From an uncultured Thermotogae bacterium (GTDB lineage: Bacteria; Bipolaricaulota; Bipolaricaulia; UBA7950; UBA9294): DNA of 43,369 nucleotides. The notes under the pieces were generated by a model. It did no database searches and was not told the DNA's origin. It saw only the letters and a list, made by a program, of their open reading frames with translations. The DNA is taken from the NCBI GenBank assembly GCA_964654805.1, contig CAZZJU010000001.1, positions 1 through 43,369 of the forward strand. Reading direction: 5' to 3'. Of the stretch, positions 1 to 9,400 are shown in pieces (the stretch's first letter is position 1; each line of letters starts with the position of its first letter). A program made the position numbers and the translations under genes.

Positions 1-2
1 GC

Positions 3-1070
3 GAACTCACCCCGCGGGCGCTGGACGGGATCGTGTCGTTTGGGGAACGGCTGAGTGCGCGACTGTTCGCCGCGGTCCTGCGCGGTGGCGGAGTGCAGAG
101 CGAGCCGGTCGACGCCACCGAGCTCATCGTTACCGATGAGACGTTTCAGAACGCGGTTCCGCTTCCCGACCCAACGCGGGACCGCATCGCCGCGCGTCTC
201 TCCCCGCTGCTCGAGCGCGGGATCGTCCCAGTGGTCACCGGGTTCATCGGCGCGACCGAGTCCGGGGTGACGAGCACCCTCGGCCGGGGCGGGAGCGACT
301 ACACCGCGGCGATCCTCGGGGAGATGCTCAAGAGCGATGCCGTATGGATCTTTACCGACGTCGACGGGGTGATGACCGCCGATCCGCGCATCGTCCCCGA
401 CGCGCGCGTGATCCCGGTCATCTCCTACACCGAGGTTGGGGAGCTCGCCTACTTCGGGGCGAAGGTCCTACACCCGCGCACCATCCGACCGGTGATCGAG
501 CACGGGATCCCCCTGTGGGTGAAGAACACGTTCAATCCGGAGGCTCCGGGAACGCGCATCGTGCGCACACCCCAGAACACCGACGGCACGGTCAAAGCGA
601 TCACGGTGATAACGGATCTCACCATGGTCAACGTGGAGGGGCGGGGGATGATCGGAGTGCCGGGGATCGCCGGGCGGACGTTCAGCGCAGTGGCGCGCGC
701 TGATGCCAACGTGCTCATGATCTCCCAGGCGTCGTCCGAGCAGTCGATCTGCTTCGTCGTGCCCACGCCCCGGGCCCCGGCGGTCGTCACCAGCCTGGAG
801 GAGGAATTCGCCCGCGAGCTCGCCCGGCGGGACATCGATCGCATCTGGTCGCAGGACGGGATCGTCATCGTGAGCGCGGTGGGAGCGGGGATGCGCGGCA
901 CTCCGGGGATCGCTGGCCGCATCTTCGGCACGCTCGGACGGAGCGGGATAAACGTGATCGCGATCGCGCAAGGCTCGTCCGAGTGCAGCGTATCTCTTGT
1001 CGTTGACGCCGCGGACGCCACCGCCGCGGTGCAGGAGATTCACAAGGAGGTCATCAGTAATGGAAAATAA
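3..1070 (+). CDS. lysC: Aspartate kinase, C-terminal ~355 aa (5' end lies outside the window)
   Basis: The frame is open from the window edge to the stop at 1068-1070. Motifs include GERLSARLFAAVL and GGSDYTAAILG. There are two ACT-like repeats (VNVEGRGMIGVPGIAGRTFSAV and IVSAVGAGMRGTPGIAGRIFGTL). The stop overlaps the asd start. Confidence 0.9.
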   Translation, partial: ELTPRALDGIVSFGERLSARLFAAVLRGGGVQSEPVDATELIVTDETFQNAVPLPDPTRDRIAARLSPLLERGIVPVVTGFIGATESGVTSTLGRGGSDYTAAILGEMLKSDAVWIFTDVDGVMTADPRIVPDARVIPVISYTEVGELAYFGAKVLHPRTIRPVIEHGIPLWVKNTFNPEAPGTRIVRTPQNTDGTVKAITVITDLTMVNVEGRGMIGVPGIAGRTFSAVARADANVLMISQASSEQSICFVVPTPRAPAVVTSLEEEFARELARRDIDRIWSQDGIVIVSAVGAGMRGTPGIAGRIFGTLGRSGINVIAIAQGSSECSVSLVVDAADATAAVQEIHKEVISNGK

Positions 1071-2112
1071 GATTCCTGTCGCTATTCTCGGCGCCACCGG
1101 CGCGGTCGGCCAGCGGTTCGTGCAGGTGCTCGCCGATCATCCGTGGTTTGAGATCGCCGGGCTCGCCGCCTCGGCCCGGAGCGTTGGTCGCCCCTACGGC
1201 GAGGCGTGCCACTCCATCCTCCCTGGCGACGTGCCGGAGCGGATTCGGGAGATGCCCGTGTTGCCGCTAGAGCCGGGCATCCCGGGAAAGATCGTGTTCT
1301 CCGCCCTTCCCGCTGACGTGGCGCGAGAGGTGGAACCGCGGTTCGCCGCGGCGGGCTACGCGGTCTGCTCGAACGCATCGGCGTTCCGGTATGCCCCCGA
1401 CGTTCCGCTTATCATCCCTGAGGTGAATCCCGACCATCTGGCGCTCATTCCGGGGCAGCGGGAGGGCCGCGGGACTCCCGGATTCATCGTCACCAATCCC
1501 AACTGTTCCACGAGCGGGATCGCCATGGCGCTGAAGCCGCTCGACGACGCGTTCGGGGTGGAGACGGTCCTCGCGTTCACCATGCAGGCGGTCTCCGGCG
1601 CTGGTTATCCCGGCGTGCCGTCGCTCGACATCATCGGGAACGTGCTCCCCTATATCCCGGGGGAGGAGGAGAAGATCGCCCGCGAGGCGCGCCTCCTCCT
1701 CGGGATGGTGCGGGACGGCGCCCAGGTGCCGGCGGACTTTCAACTGAGCGCACACGCCAACCGCGTTCCGGTGATCGATGGCCACACGATCTGCCTGTCG
1801 GTGGCGGTGAAGGGCCATCCTGATCTGGCAGCCGTGCGGGATGCGTTGCGGGAATTCCGCGCCCCGGACTCGGTGGCCGGGCTTCCCAGCGCCCCATCCC
1901 GTCCGCTCGCGCTGCGGGACGAGGACGATCGTCCCCAACCGCGGCGGGACTGCGAGACCGCGGCCGGGATGACGGTGTCCGTCGGGCGGGTGCGCGCGTG
2001 CGAGGTGTTCGACGTGCGGATGGTCGTGCTCGTGCACAACACACTGCGCGGCGCGGCCGGAGGAGCGGTGCTGAACGGCGAGCTTCTCGTCGCCCAGGGG
2101 TACGTGTCATGA
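1060..2112 (+). CDS. asd: Aspartate-semialdehyde dehydrogenase
   Basis: ATG at 1060 is preceded by GGAGG at 1046-1050, so the ORF-track start at 997 is rejected. It has the Rossmann motif ILGATGAVGQRF and the active-site context NPNCSTSG. It overlaps the aspartate kinase gene by 11 nt. Confidence 0.92.
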   Translation: MENKIPVAILGATGAVGQRFVQVLADHPWFEIAGLAASARSVGRPYGEACHSILPGDVPERIREMPVLPLEPGIPGKIVFSALPADVAREVEPRFAAAGYAVCSNASAFRYAPDVPLIIPEVNPDHLALIPGQREGRGTPGFIVTNPNCSTSGIAMALKPLDDAFGVETVLAFTMQAVSGAGYPGVPSLDIIGNVLPYIPGEEEKIAREARLLLGMVRDGAQVPADFQLSAHANRVPVIDGHTICLSVAVKGHPDLAAVRDALREFRAPDSVAGLPSAPSRPLALRDEDDRPQPRRDCETAAGMTVSVGRVRACEVFDVRMVVLVHNTLRGAAGGAVLNGELLVAQGYVS

Positions 2113-3227
2113 AGGTGCACGGTCGCGCTTGCGTCGCCGATCTCCTCGGCGATTTCATCGTCTACCGCAATCTCGTGCCGCTCGACCCGCACCTTCCCGG
2201 GCTTCCCCAGCTGCGTGATTGGTTCCGGCTGGCGCGTGATTACGTCCCGCGCAAGAGCAGCCCGGAGTACGCCCAGGTGGTGGTCGAGATCCTCAAGGCG
2301 GCGCAGCGGCGCGCAGATCAGCCCCCGCTTACCCGGCTCGTGTACATCGGGGATACGCGGGTGAACGATGGCATCGCGTTTTCCAACCTGTGTCGGGCGG
2401 GAGACTGGCCCGGGATGGCGTTCATCTGCGCCGAGGATGACAGACCGGCCCGACTGGAGGTGGTCGAAGGCGAAACGGGGACGCTTGTGTTCAGCAACCG
2501 ATGGGCCGGGATCGACGAGTTCGCCGGCCTGTGCAAGAGCAGAAGAGTTCCCATCGGGGTTGGTACGGCGGTGGTGATCGATCTCGACAAGACGCTCCTC
2601 GGAGCGCGGGGGAGGAACGATCGCGTTATCGACCAGGTGCGGGTGGAGGCGATGCAGGCCACCCTCGCCGGGGTTCTCGGGGACGGGTTCTCCGCCGCGG
2701 CGTTCGCCGCCGACTACGCTGCCCTGAACCGGCCGGAGTACCACGCGTTCACCACCGACAACCAGGACTACCTCGCTTACATCTGCCTCATCCTTGGGAC
2801 GGGGATCATCCGCCGGGACGAGCTGATCGCCGCGGTGCGGGCGGGAAGGATGCGCGGGATCGCTGATCTCATCGAATATGTGGACGCACGTGCAGAGGAG
2901 CTTCCAGCGAAGGTACGGGTGGTACATGAGCAGGTGTCCGCGTCGATCGCCCGCGGCGATCCCACACCGTTCAAGGAGTTTCGCCGCGCCGAGTTTCGCG
3001 CCACCGTCGCCCGCATGGGGCGGCTGAATGATAACGCAGCGGTCGAGGAACTTCTCCGGGAGGAGATTGTGATCACCCACGAGATCATGACCGCGGCGGC
3101 GCGCTGGCACGACCGCGGTGCGCTCCTGTTTGGTCTGTCGGACAAACCGGATGAGGCATCCGTGCCAGAGGCGACGGACGAGCGACTCCCGGTGCACCGG
3201 GCGGTCACTCACATGGTAGGAGGTTGA
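2109..3227 (+). CDS. Hypothetical protein with HAD-superfamily-like DxDxT motif
   Basis: ATG at 2109 overlaps the asd stop (ATGA), and its stop lies 3 nt before the thrC ATG. It has [11 protein letters not shown] (DxDxT) and a later GLSDKPDE. A motif-IV-like [10 protein letters not shown] lies N-terminal to the DxDxT. No specific family is recognised. Confidence 0.6.
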   Translation: MKVHGRACVADLLGDFIVYRNLVPLDPHLPGLPQLRDWFRLARDYVPRKSSPEYAQVVVEILKAAQRRADQPPLTRLVYIGDTRVNDGIAFSNLCRAGDWPGMAFICAEDDRPARLEVVEGETGTLVFSNRWAGIDEFAGLCKSRRVPIGVGTAVVIDLDKTLLGARGRNDRVIDQVRVEAMQATLAGVLGDGFSAAAFAADYAALNRPEYHAFTTDNQDYLAYICLILGTGIIRRDELIAAVRAGRMRGIADLIEYVDARAEELPAKVRVVHEQVSASIARGDPTPFKEFRRAEFRATVARMGRLNDNAAVEELLREEIVITHEIMTAAARWHDRGALLFGLSDKPDEASVPEATDERLPVHRAVTHMVGG

Positions 3228-3229
3228 CG

Positions 3230-4552
3230 ATGACAGATAGAGGTTGGTTTGAATGCATCCGCTGTGGAAAGCGCTACCCGCTCTCGGAGGTGGTCTACCG
3301 CTGCGATGACTGCGGCGGATTGGTCGATGTGGAGCATGACCTCGCCCCGCTCAAGGCACGGGCCGGCGCGGAGTGGCGGAAGCTGTTCGACTCCCGAGTT
3401 CATGGGGCACAGTGGCCGTACGCAAGCGGGGTGTGGGGGAAGTGGGAGTGGGTTGCGCCGCACATCACGCTCGAGAACATCGTTTCCCTGGGAGAAGGCT
3501 ACACCCCTCTTCTGCACGCGCCGCGGCTCGGGTCGTGGCTCGGGATCCCCGATCTGTGGATCAAACAGTGTGGGATCAGCCAGACCGGCTCGTTCAAGGA
3601 TCTGGGAATGACGGTACTCATCTCGCACGTGAAACAGCTGATCTCCCAAGGAGTATCGATCCGCGCGGTGGCATGCGCATCGAGCGGGGACACCTCGGCC
3701 GCGCTCGCCGCTTACGCCGCGGCCGCCGGGATTCCGGCGATCGTCTTCCTGCCGCGGGGCAAGGTCTCCACTGCTCAGCTTGCTCAGCCGATCGCGCACG
3801 GCGCGCTCGTCCTCGCGCTCGACACCGATTTCGATGGGTGTATGCGGGTCGTGCAGGAGATCACCGCCGATAAGGAGATCTACCTTGCCAACTCGATGAA
3901 CCCGTTGCGCATAGAGGGGCAGAAGACGGTGGGAATCGAGATCGTCCAGCAGCTTGGTTGGGAAGTGCCCGATTGGATCGTCATCCCTGCCGGCAATTTG
4001 GGAAACATCAGCGCGCTCGGGCGCGGGCTTTTGATGATGCGGGACCTCGGGCTGATCGATCGGCTCCCCCGTCTCGTCGCCGCCCAGGCGGAGCGGGCCA
4101 ATCCGCTCTACCTGAGCTATCGCACCGGGTTCAAGGACTACCACCCAGTCACGGCACGGCCGACGCTGGCCTCCGCGATCCGGATCGGGGCGCCGGTGAG
4201 CTACGAGAGAGCGGTGAAGACGCTCACAGCGTTCGACGGAGTTGTCGAACAGGCGAGCGAGGATGAACTGGCGAACGCGGCGGCGCTCGCCGATCAAGTG
4301 GGGTTGTACACCTGTCCTCAGACCGGGGCCGCCCTCGCCGCGGCGGCCAAATTAGCGGCGGACGGTGCGATCAGGCCGGATCAGCGCGTTGTCGTCATCT
4401 CCACCGCCCACGGGCTCAAGTTCACCGACTTCAAGGTGAATTACCACCGGAAGAACCTGGAAGACGTAGCCGCGCGTTATTCCAACCCGCCGGTGGAGCT
4501 GCCGGCGGATGTGGCAGTAGTGGTGGATCAAATAGAACGTCGAATTAAATAG
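3230..4552 (+). CDS. thrC: Threonine synthase
   Basis: ATG at 3230 is preceded by GGAGG at 3219-3223. There is an N-terminal zinc-ribbon-like CIRCG...CDDCGG and the PLP-lysine motif GSFKDLGMT. The length (440 aa) is typical. Confidence 0.93.
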   Translation: MTDRGWFECIRCGKRYPLSEVVYRCDDCGGLVDVEHDLAPLKARAGAEWRKLFDSRVHGAQWPYASGVWGKWEWVAPHITLENIVSLGEGYTPLLHAPRLGSWLGIPDLWIKQCGISQTGSFKDLGMTVLISHVKQLISQGVSIRAVACASSGDTSAALAAYAAAAGIPAIVFLPRGKVSTAQLAQPIAHGALVLALDTDFDGCMRVVQEITADKEIYLANSMNPLRIEGQKTVGIEIVQQLGWEVPDWIVIPAGNLGNISALGRGLLMMRDLGLIDRLPRLVAAQAERANPLYLSYRTGFKDYHPVTARPTLASAIRIGAPVSYERAVKTLTAFDGVVEQASEDELANAAALADQVGLYTCPQTGAALAAAAKLAADGAIRPDQRVVVISTAHGLKFTDFKVNYHRKNLEDVAARYSNPPVELPADVAVVVDQIERRIK

Positions 4553-4566
4553 TGAGCTGAACGAAC

Positions 4567-4605
4567 GCGCTAAGGGAGGACACGCCTCCGCTTAGCGCGT
4601 TTTTA
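4567..4605. terminator. Rho-independent, probably bidirectional terminator between thrC and the convergent 586-aa gene
   Basis: GCGCTAAGGGAGG-ACACG-CCTCCGCTTAGCGC forms a 13-bp stem with one bulge, followed by GTTTTT. The other strand has an A-run before the stem and TTCGTT after it. Confidence 0.8.
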
Positions 4606-4629
4606 CGTTCAGTCATCAGATGAAGTGGA

Positions 4630-6390
4630 CTAGATTTCGATCTCTCTCCAGAAAGTCTTGTAGTCTTTGAGAATTTCCATTCCTTCCACCAGGAGTTCAC
4701 CGGCGGTGGTGAGTTTGTCTCCGCGAATGAAGTGGGAGTAAGAAGCCTGATTGCGCACTTCGTTGAATATATCCGGATCGAAGCGTGTCATTTTTTCGAC
4801 CTTTTTCCAATCGACCTTGCCTCGGGTTTCAATTGACTCAGCCATTGCTGTCAACAACCGCAGCATGTGTGGCGTCACATGGAACTTGATCTCGTCCGGG
4901 ACAGCGGTTATTCCCCGCTTGAACTTCTCCCCGGCCTCGGTCACCGAGTAAAGGCCACCGGGCAATGCGTCGATTAGTCCTTGTGCAAGCAGCTTTCGAA
5001 CCGCGGTGATGACTTTTTCCCCGTCGTCTTTCGGGAATAAGGACAGGAGCTTATCCTCAAACATGCCACGCCACAGAGGAAGGGCTTTCAACACTTTCCC
5101 CTCGAACGCGGAGATAAGAGGAAGTCGCTCGATGTCACTGGCCAGTTGGGCGAACAGCCGACCCGATTTTGTGGGATAACCGTTTCCAACTAGACCTTGA
5201 TCGGCCGCTGTATCGATCCAAGCGTCATCCGGTGAAAGGTTCTCCATCCGGGTGGTGGTGATTGCCATGACTCCGGTGGCAGATACGGGTTTCAACGCGT
5301 GCTGTTTTCGGTCCTGGAGAACTTTTTTGCCCCATTCTGTGAGGACGTATGCAAGCTCGCCATCCTCGTATCTCTCGGAGTCAATGAGCCGGAAGCTTTC
5401 CAACAAGTGCAGGCTATAGGCCACTTTCCACGCCGTAGTTGCACTTTTCTTTTCCATTTCAGTGCGGATCTGTTTGTGGGACGGGAAGATCTCGGGATTC
5501 GATTCGTGTTTCTTCCATAACTCCTCGATTACTTCCATCGCAGTGAGGTCGTCGCCGTCGATATCGATCGACGGATTGATGGTAATCGGCGATGTAAAGA
5601 GCAATTCTGCAGCCCGTTTAAAATGATGCCCAGCGGGCAGTATTTTCAGCTCGCTGTCCACCGCTCCAATCGCCATGAGAGCGTCTTTGCTCCCTTCAAG
5701 TGACTCCTCTTCGAGCAAAGCGAATAGGGTCTCCGCAGCTAGTGGGGAGACGGGTGCAGCCCCGTGTAACAGCCCGGCCCGGATCTGTTGTCCCGCTCCG
5801 GTGAGGGAATAGTTATTGCCAAACGGCAGTGAGAAGGTAAGAAGCCTCATCGATTCCAGTTGAAAAATCTCGTCCTGAGAGAAAGGAAGGAGGCTTTTCC
5901 GCCCTGGCCCCGGCGGGGTTTGTTTGATCTTCTCACATAGTGCAGGGGGGAGGAAGACATCCGGGCCGGCGATGTTATATGCTTCGAGCACGGACTCGGC
6001 GGCGGGAAGTAGGATTCCATCCTTCATGAACCCGCGGCGTTCCAGCTCATCAGCGATGGTCGGCTGATCAACCACTTTGCCCTGTGCTGCTCGTGCCACC
6101 TCGATCATCGATATAACTTCTGAGCCAATCCAGCGGAAATTATCGTCCCACTCCTCCGTGCCCGCACCGGTTTCCAGAAATTCGACAAGGGCTTCTCCGA
6201 TCAGGTGCCCGGCTTGGGATAGGATGAATCGATCATCGTCCTCGTAAACGAGTCCCGCCAATTCGAGGTGGTAGAGATATTCTAGAGCATCATCTGTTAA
6301 CGCATCCTCTACTTTCTCTAAGCCTAAGCCATCATTCCACTTTTCAATGAGGTGGATAATCAATTCAGCGTGTTTCTTGGTTATGATCAT
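4630..6390 (-). CDS. Hypothetical acidic 586-aa protein with about eight tandem winged-helix-like repeats
   Basis: It is a long ORF with ATG at 6390 preceded by AAGGAGGTAGGAG. It has no TM segments. A motif [GL]-[LIV]-x(3-9)-[YFL]-x-[LI]-[TSP]-x-x-G-x-x-[FLIV] recurs near aa 45, 119, 184, 242, 334, 399, 470 and 553, a period of about 70 aa. Confidence 0.75.
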   Translation of the reverse strand: MIITKKHAELIIHLIEKWNDGLGLEKVEDALTDDALEYLYHLELAGLVYEDDDRFILSQAGHLIGEALVEFLETGAGTEEWDDNFRWIGSEVISMIEVARAAQGKVVDQPTIADELERRGFMKDGILLPAAESVLEAYNIAGPDVFLPPALCEKIKQTPPGPGRKSLLPFSQDEIFQLESMRLLTFSLPFGNNYSLTGAGQQIRAGLLHGAAPVSPLAAETLFALLEEESLEGSKDALMAIGAVDSELKILPAGHHFKRAAELLFTSPITINPSIDIDGDDLTAMEVIEELWKKHESNPEIFPSHKQIRTEMEKKSATTAWKVAYSLHLLESFRLIDSERYEDGELAYVLTEWGKKVLQDRKQHALKPVSATGVMAITTTRMENLSPDDAWIDTAADQGLVGNGYPTKSGRLFAQLASDIERLPLISAFEGKVLKALPLWRGMFEDKLLSLFPKDDGEKVITAVRKLLAQGLIDALPGGLYSVTEAGEKFKRGITAVPDEIKFHVTPHMLRLLTAMAESIETRGKVDWKKVEKMTRFDPDIFNEVRNQASYSHFIRGDKLTTAGELLVEGMEILKDYKTFWREIEI

Positions 6391-6444
6391 CTCCTACCTC
6401 CTTTTCTCTCATTTTATCGCGATGGTGTTTCCCAATGGCCGGGT

Positions 6445-6460
6445 TTGTACTGACCGGTAT
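6445..6460 (+). promoter_or_regulatory. Variant copy (TTGTACTGACCGGTAT) of the operator-like motif seen at 17368 and 23266
   Basis: It matches TTGGACTGACCGGTAT, the reverse complement of 17367-17382, at 15 of 16 positions. It lies about 55-70 nt upstream of the 586-aa gene start, in the opposite orientation relative to the gene. Confidence 0.3.
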
Positions 6461-6556
6461 GGAACCCATTTCCCACGTCAATTTTCCATATTAATAACTT
6501 GGCCCATTAAATTAAAGGAATGCGGCAAAGGCGGTTATCAGGTAATCATGTTTAAG

Positions 6557-7453
6557 TTAGTCGAGTAAGGTGAGGAGTAGCCACATGGTGGCGATATTTC
6601 CGACGGTGGTGAGGAAGACCACCGAGGAGACGAGGTCCGGCCGACGATTGTACTGGAGCGCGAGGACAAGGGCGTTCACTGCCGTGGGAGTGCTCGCTTC
6701 CACGATCAGTACCGCCCGCAAGAGACCGTGAATCCCGAATGCGGCGGTCAATCCGAACGCGAGGAGTGGAGGGATAATCAACTTGGTTGCGGTGAGCGGA
6801 AGCGCCTCACGTATCAGCCCGCGCAGCTTTACCTGTCCGAGCTGGATTCCCAGCAGGAGAAGCTGCATCGGGATCGCTGCTTGTGCAAGAAGCTCAACGG
6901 GCCTGTTAATCGTTGGAGGGAGAGGTGTCCCTGTCCCCCGCAGGACGAGGGCGAGCGCGAACGCGTAAATCCAGGGTACCTTCAGCAGGTTCAGCAAGAG
7001 TTTTCCTACCGACATCCCTTTCCGCCACGCCGCCGTTCCCACCCCGAATGTGATCTGAAACGCCATGTGTCCGAGAATGTACAAGAGACCAAGTCCGAAC
7101 CCCTTCTCCCCAAATGCGAACAACAGGATCGGGAGTCCATAGTTCCCGGTGTTGCTCAGGGAGAGGGTGAGAACTGTCGCTGTGCGCGTCTCGCGGTCGA
7201 GTTTAAGGATGCGAGAGGCGAGATGCGCGAGCCCAAATAGAATCCCGTGGAAGATAAAGACGAATAGCAGGGCCTCCGACAGTTCCCCACCGCTGACCGG
7301 GCGGTTATATAAGGCATGGAATATGAGGGATGGAGTGAGAATATAGAAGACGAGCTTAGTAAGGATCGCCGGATCACGGTTCACGAGGCGTCCGACGAGG
7401 AACCCTCCTCCTGCGATTAACAGCACGGGGAGAAGGACATTCAGGAACACCAT
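6557..7453 (-). CDS. AEC (auxin efflux carrier) family transporter
   Basis: It is a 298-aa polytopic membrane protein with N-terminus MVFLNVLLPVLLIAGGGFLVGR, typical of AEC/malonate-type permeases. Its start follows the PHP gene stop by 1 nt. Confidence 0.8.
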   Translation of the reverse strand: MVFLNVLLPVLLIAGGGFLVGRLVNRDPAILTKLVFYILTPSLIFHALYNRPVSGGELSEALLFVFIFHGILFGLAHLASRILKLDRETRTATVLTLSLSNTGNYGLPILLFAFGEKGFGLGLLYILGHMAFQITFGVGTAAWRKGMSVGKLLLNLLKVPWIYAFALALVLRGTGTPLPPTINRPVELLAQAAIPMQLLLLGIQLGQVKLRGLIREALPLTATKLIIPPLLAFGLTAAFGIHGLLRAVLIVEASTPTAVNALVLALQYNRRPDLVSSVVFLTTVGNIATMWLLLTLLD

Positions 7454-7454
7454 A

Positions 7455-8300
7455 TCAAAGTCCGCAGAATTCCTTGAGTCGGTTTACGTACTTACACGGT
7501 ATCCTCACTTTGCCTAATTCCTCTTTTACCGAGCCCGGCCCGTGATCGTCGGATCCACCGGTGAGGAGGAACCCATGTTTCTCAGCCAGAGTGAGGATTT
7601 CATTCGGAGCGATCGATAGCTCACGGTTCACATCTTCGTAGGGGTAGAATGCCTCGATCCCGTCCACTCCTTCTTCCTTAACTTGCGCTAAGAACGGCTC
7701 CCACTCCGGCACGTCCAGCAGACAGGGGTGAGGGATCGAAGTAACCCCTCCCGCTCTGTGTATGGCATACGCTGCCTCACGGAACCCGGGCCGCGGGATC
7801 GGGATGTAACAAGGTTTGCCGTTTCCTATTAGAGTATCGAACGCCTCTCGCTTTGTAGCGACGACCTTTTTGCGTACAAGAATTTGCGCCAGATGCGGCC
7901 GTCCGATGCTTCCGGCGGCGAGCTTCCGTACTTCCTCGAGCGAGATGTCGGCTCCGGTGTAGTCGCGGCAGCGGAGGACCATCTCCTCCATTCGTGCCAC
8001 GCGTGCTTTTTTCATACGCGAGAAAAGCTCGATTAATGCCTCGGCCTGTGGATCGATAAAGTATCCAAGTAATTCTCCGTAAATACCATCGAAATCCACT
8101 TTAATTTCCACCCCAGTGATCACTTCAACCCCGTTGCGTACATGCCTGCGGGTTTTAATCTCGGGGGCAATCGTGTCATGATCGGTCACTGCGATGATGG
8201 ATAGCCCGACCGCGGTGGCTCGGGAAACGAGCTGAGAGATTGTCTGCGTTCCGTCCGAGGCGGTAGTGTGAAGATGGAGGTCAGCGTAACAGATTTTCAT
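7455..8300 (-). CDS. PHP-domain phosphoesterase (TrpH/YciV-like)
   Basis: It has ADLHLHTTASDGT and IAVTDHDT metal-binding motifs and a C-terminal GGSDDHG. It has an ATGA overlap with wecB. Confidence 0.85.
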   Translation of the reverse strand: MKICYADLHLHTTASDGTQTISQLVSRATAVGLSIIAVTDHDTIAPEIKTRRHVRNGVEVITGVEIKVDFDGIYGELLGYFIDPQAEALIELFSRMKKARVARMEEMVLRCRDYTGADISLEEVRKLAAGSIGRPHLAQILVRKKVVATKREAFDTLIGNGKPCYIPIPRPGFREAAYAIHRAGGVTSIPHPCLLDVPEWEPFLAQVKEEGVDGIEAFYPYEDVNRELSIAPNEILTLAEKHGFLLTGGSDDHGPGSVKEELGKVRIPCKYVNRLKEFCGL

Positions 8301-9400
8301 ACCAGACTCCTTTCCAAAGTGGTTACAATGCGTTCAGCGGCTTTTCCATCACCGTATGGATTCTCCGCCTCCTGCATCCGGATGTACTCCGCAGTATCTG
8401 CGAGGAGTCGGCTTGCTTCGGTTGCAATCCTTTCGGGATCGGTTCCCACCAACCGTGCAGCCCCTGTCTCAAGTCCTTCCACCCGCTCCGTCTTATCCCG
8501 CAGAACGAGTACCGGTACATGGAGCGCCGCTCCGAGTTCTTGGATCCCACCTGAGTCAGTGAGAATGAGGTAAGACGAGGAGATAAGGTGGATAAATGAG
8601 GCGTAGTCAGGCGGGTCGATAAGCGCGATTCGTTCGCAGCCGGAGAGCTCTTCGCGAACTACTTTTTGCACGTGCGGATTGGGATGAACGGAGTAGACGA
8701 TCGTAATCTCGGGTGCTAACCCGACGAGTCTCCGTAATCCTTCGCATATCCGTGCAATCCCACCGGAGAAGCTCTCGCGGCGGTGGGCGGTGACAAGAAC
8801 GACTTTGCCCGGAAAGTCGAATTGCACTCGCGGTGGAACGTTCTCCCGCACGTATTGCAGGGCGTCGATCTCCGTGTTGCCGGTAACGGTGATCTCGTCC
8901 TCGGACCTACCCTCATGTAATAGGTTCTCCTTTGCAGTTTCAGTAGGGGCAAACAGAAAGGAAGCGATCCGATCGATCAGCCGACGGTTCATCTCCTCGG
9001 GGTAGGGTGCGTACGGATCGCCGGTGCGCAGCCCTGCCTCAACATGCGCCACCGGTATACGAGCGTAGTAGGCCGCAAGTGCACCGACAAACGCCGTCTG
9101 GGCGTCTCCCTGCACGATGAGCAGATCGGGCTGCTCTCGATTCAGGACCGGTTCAAACCGCTCCATAATCGACCGTGTAACGTAAAAAAGGCTTTGATCG
9201 GGGATCATCACGGAGAGATTTATGTCGGGAGTTATGGAAAAGACTGATAGAGCTTGATCAAGGAGAGAGCGGTGTTGTCCACTAACGCATACGATCGGCT
9301 CGAACTTTGGGCTGCCAGATAACCGGCGAATGACTGGAGCAAGCTTAATTGCCTCCGGTCTTGTTCCAAAGAAGCAGAGCGCCTTCAGCTTTTTAGCCAA
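8297..9400 (-). CDS. wecB: UDP-N-acetylglucosamine 2-epimerase (non-hydrolysing)
   Basis: Motifs include FGTRPEAIKLAPV, VQGDAQTAF, VAHVEAGLRT and LILTDSGGIQEL. The TTG start at 9400 overlaps the upstream epimerase gene by 16 nt. Confidence 0.9.
   Translation of the reverse strand: MAKKLKALCFFGTRPEAIKLAPVIRRLSGSPKFEPIVCVSGQHRSLLDQALSVFSITPDINLSVMIPDQSLFYVTRSIMERFEPVLNREQPDLLIVQGDAQTAFVGALAAYYARIPVAHVEAGLRTGDPYAPYPEEMNRRLIDRIASFLFAPTETAKENLLHEGRSEDEITVTGNTEIDALQYVRENVPPRVQFDFPGKVVLVTAHRRESFSGGIARICEGLRRLVGLAPEITIVYSVHPNPHVQKVVREELSGCERIALIDPPDYASFIHLISSSYLILTDSGGIQELGAALHVPVLVLRDKTERVEGLETGAARLVGTDPERIATEASRLLADTAEYIRMQEAENPYGDGKAAERIVTTLERSLV

Noticed and set aside
1740-3212. A 490-aa ORF on the - strand, antisense to asd and the HAD-like gene. 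Similar long shadow ORFs occur at 3209-4297 (-), 449-1097 (-) and 1267-2037 (-).
   Set aside because: They lie in about 66% GC DNA where stop codons are rare in all frames. Their translations are Arg/Pro/Gly-rich and low in complexity, with no motifs. The opposite-strand genes have clear family signatures and SD sites.
6347-6568. A 73-aa + strand ORF spanning the 6.4-6.55 kb intergenic region.
   Set aside because: It overlaps the start of the 586-aa gene and the end of the AEC gene. It has no SD, and its composition is not protein-like.
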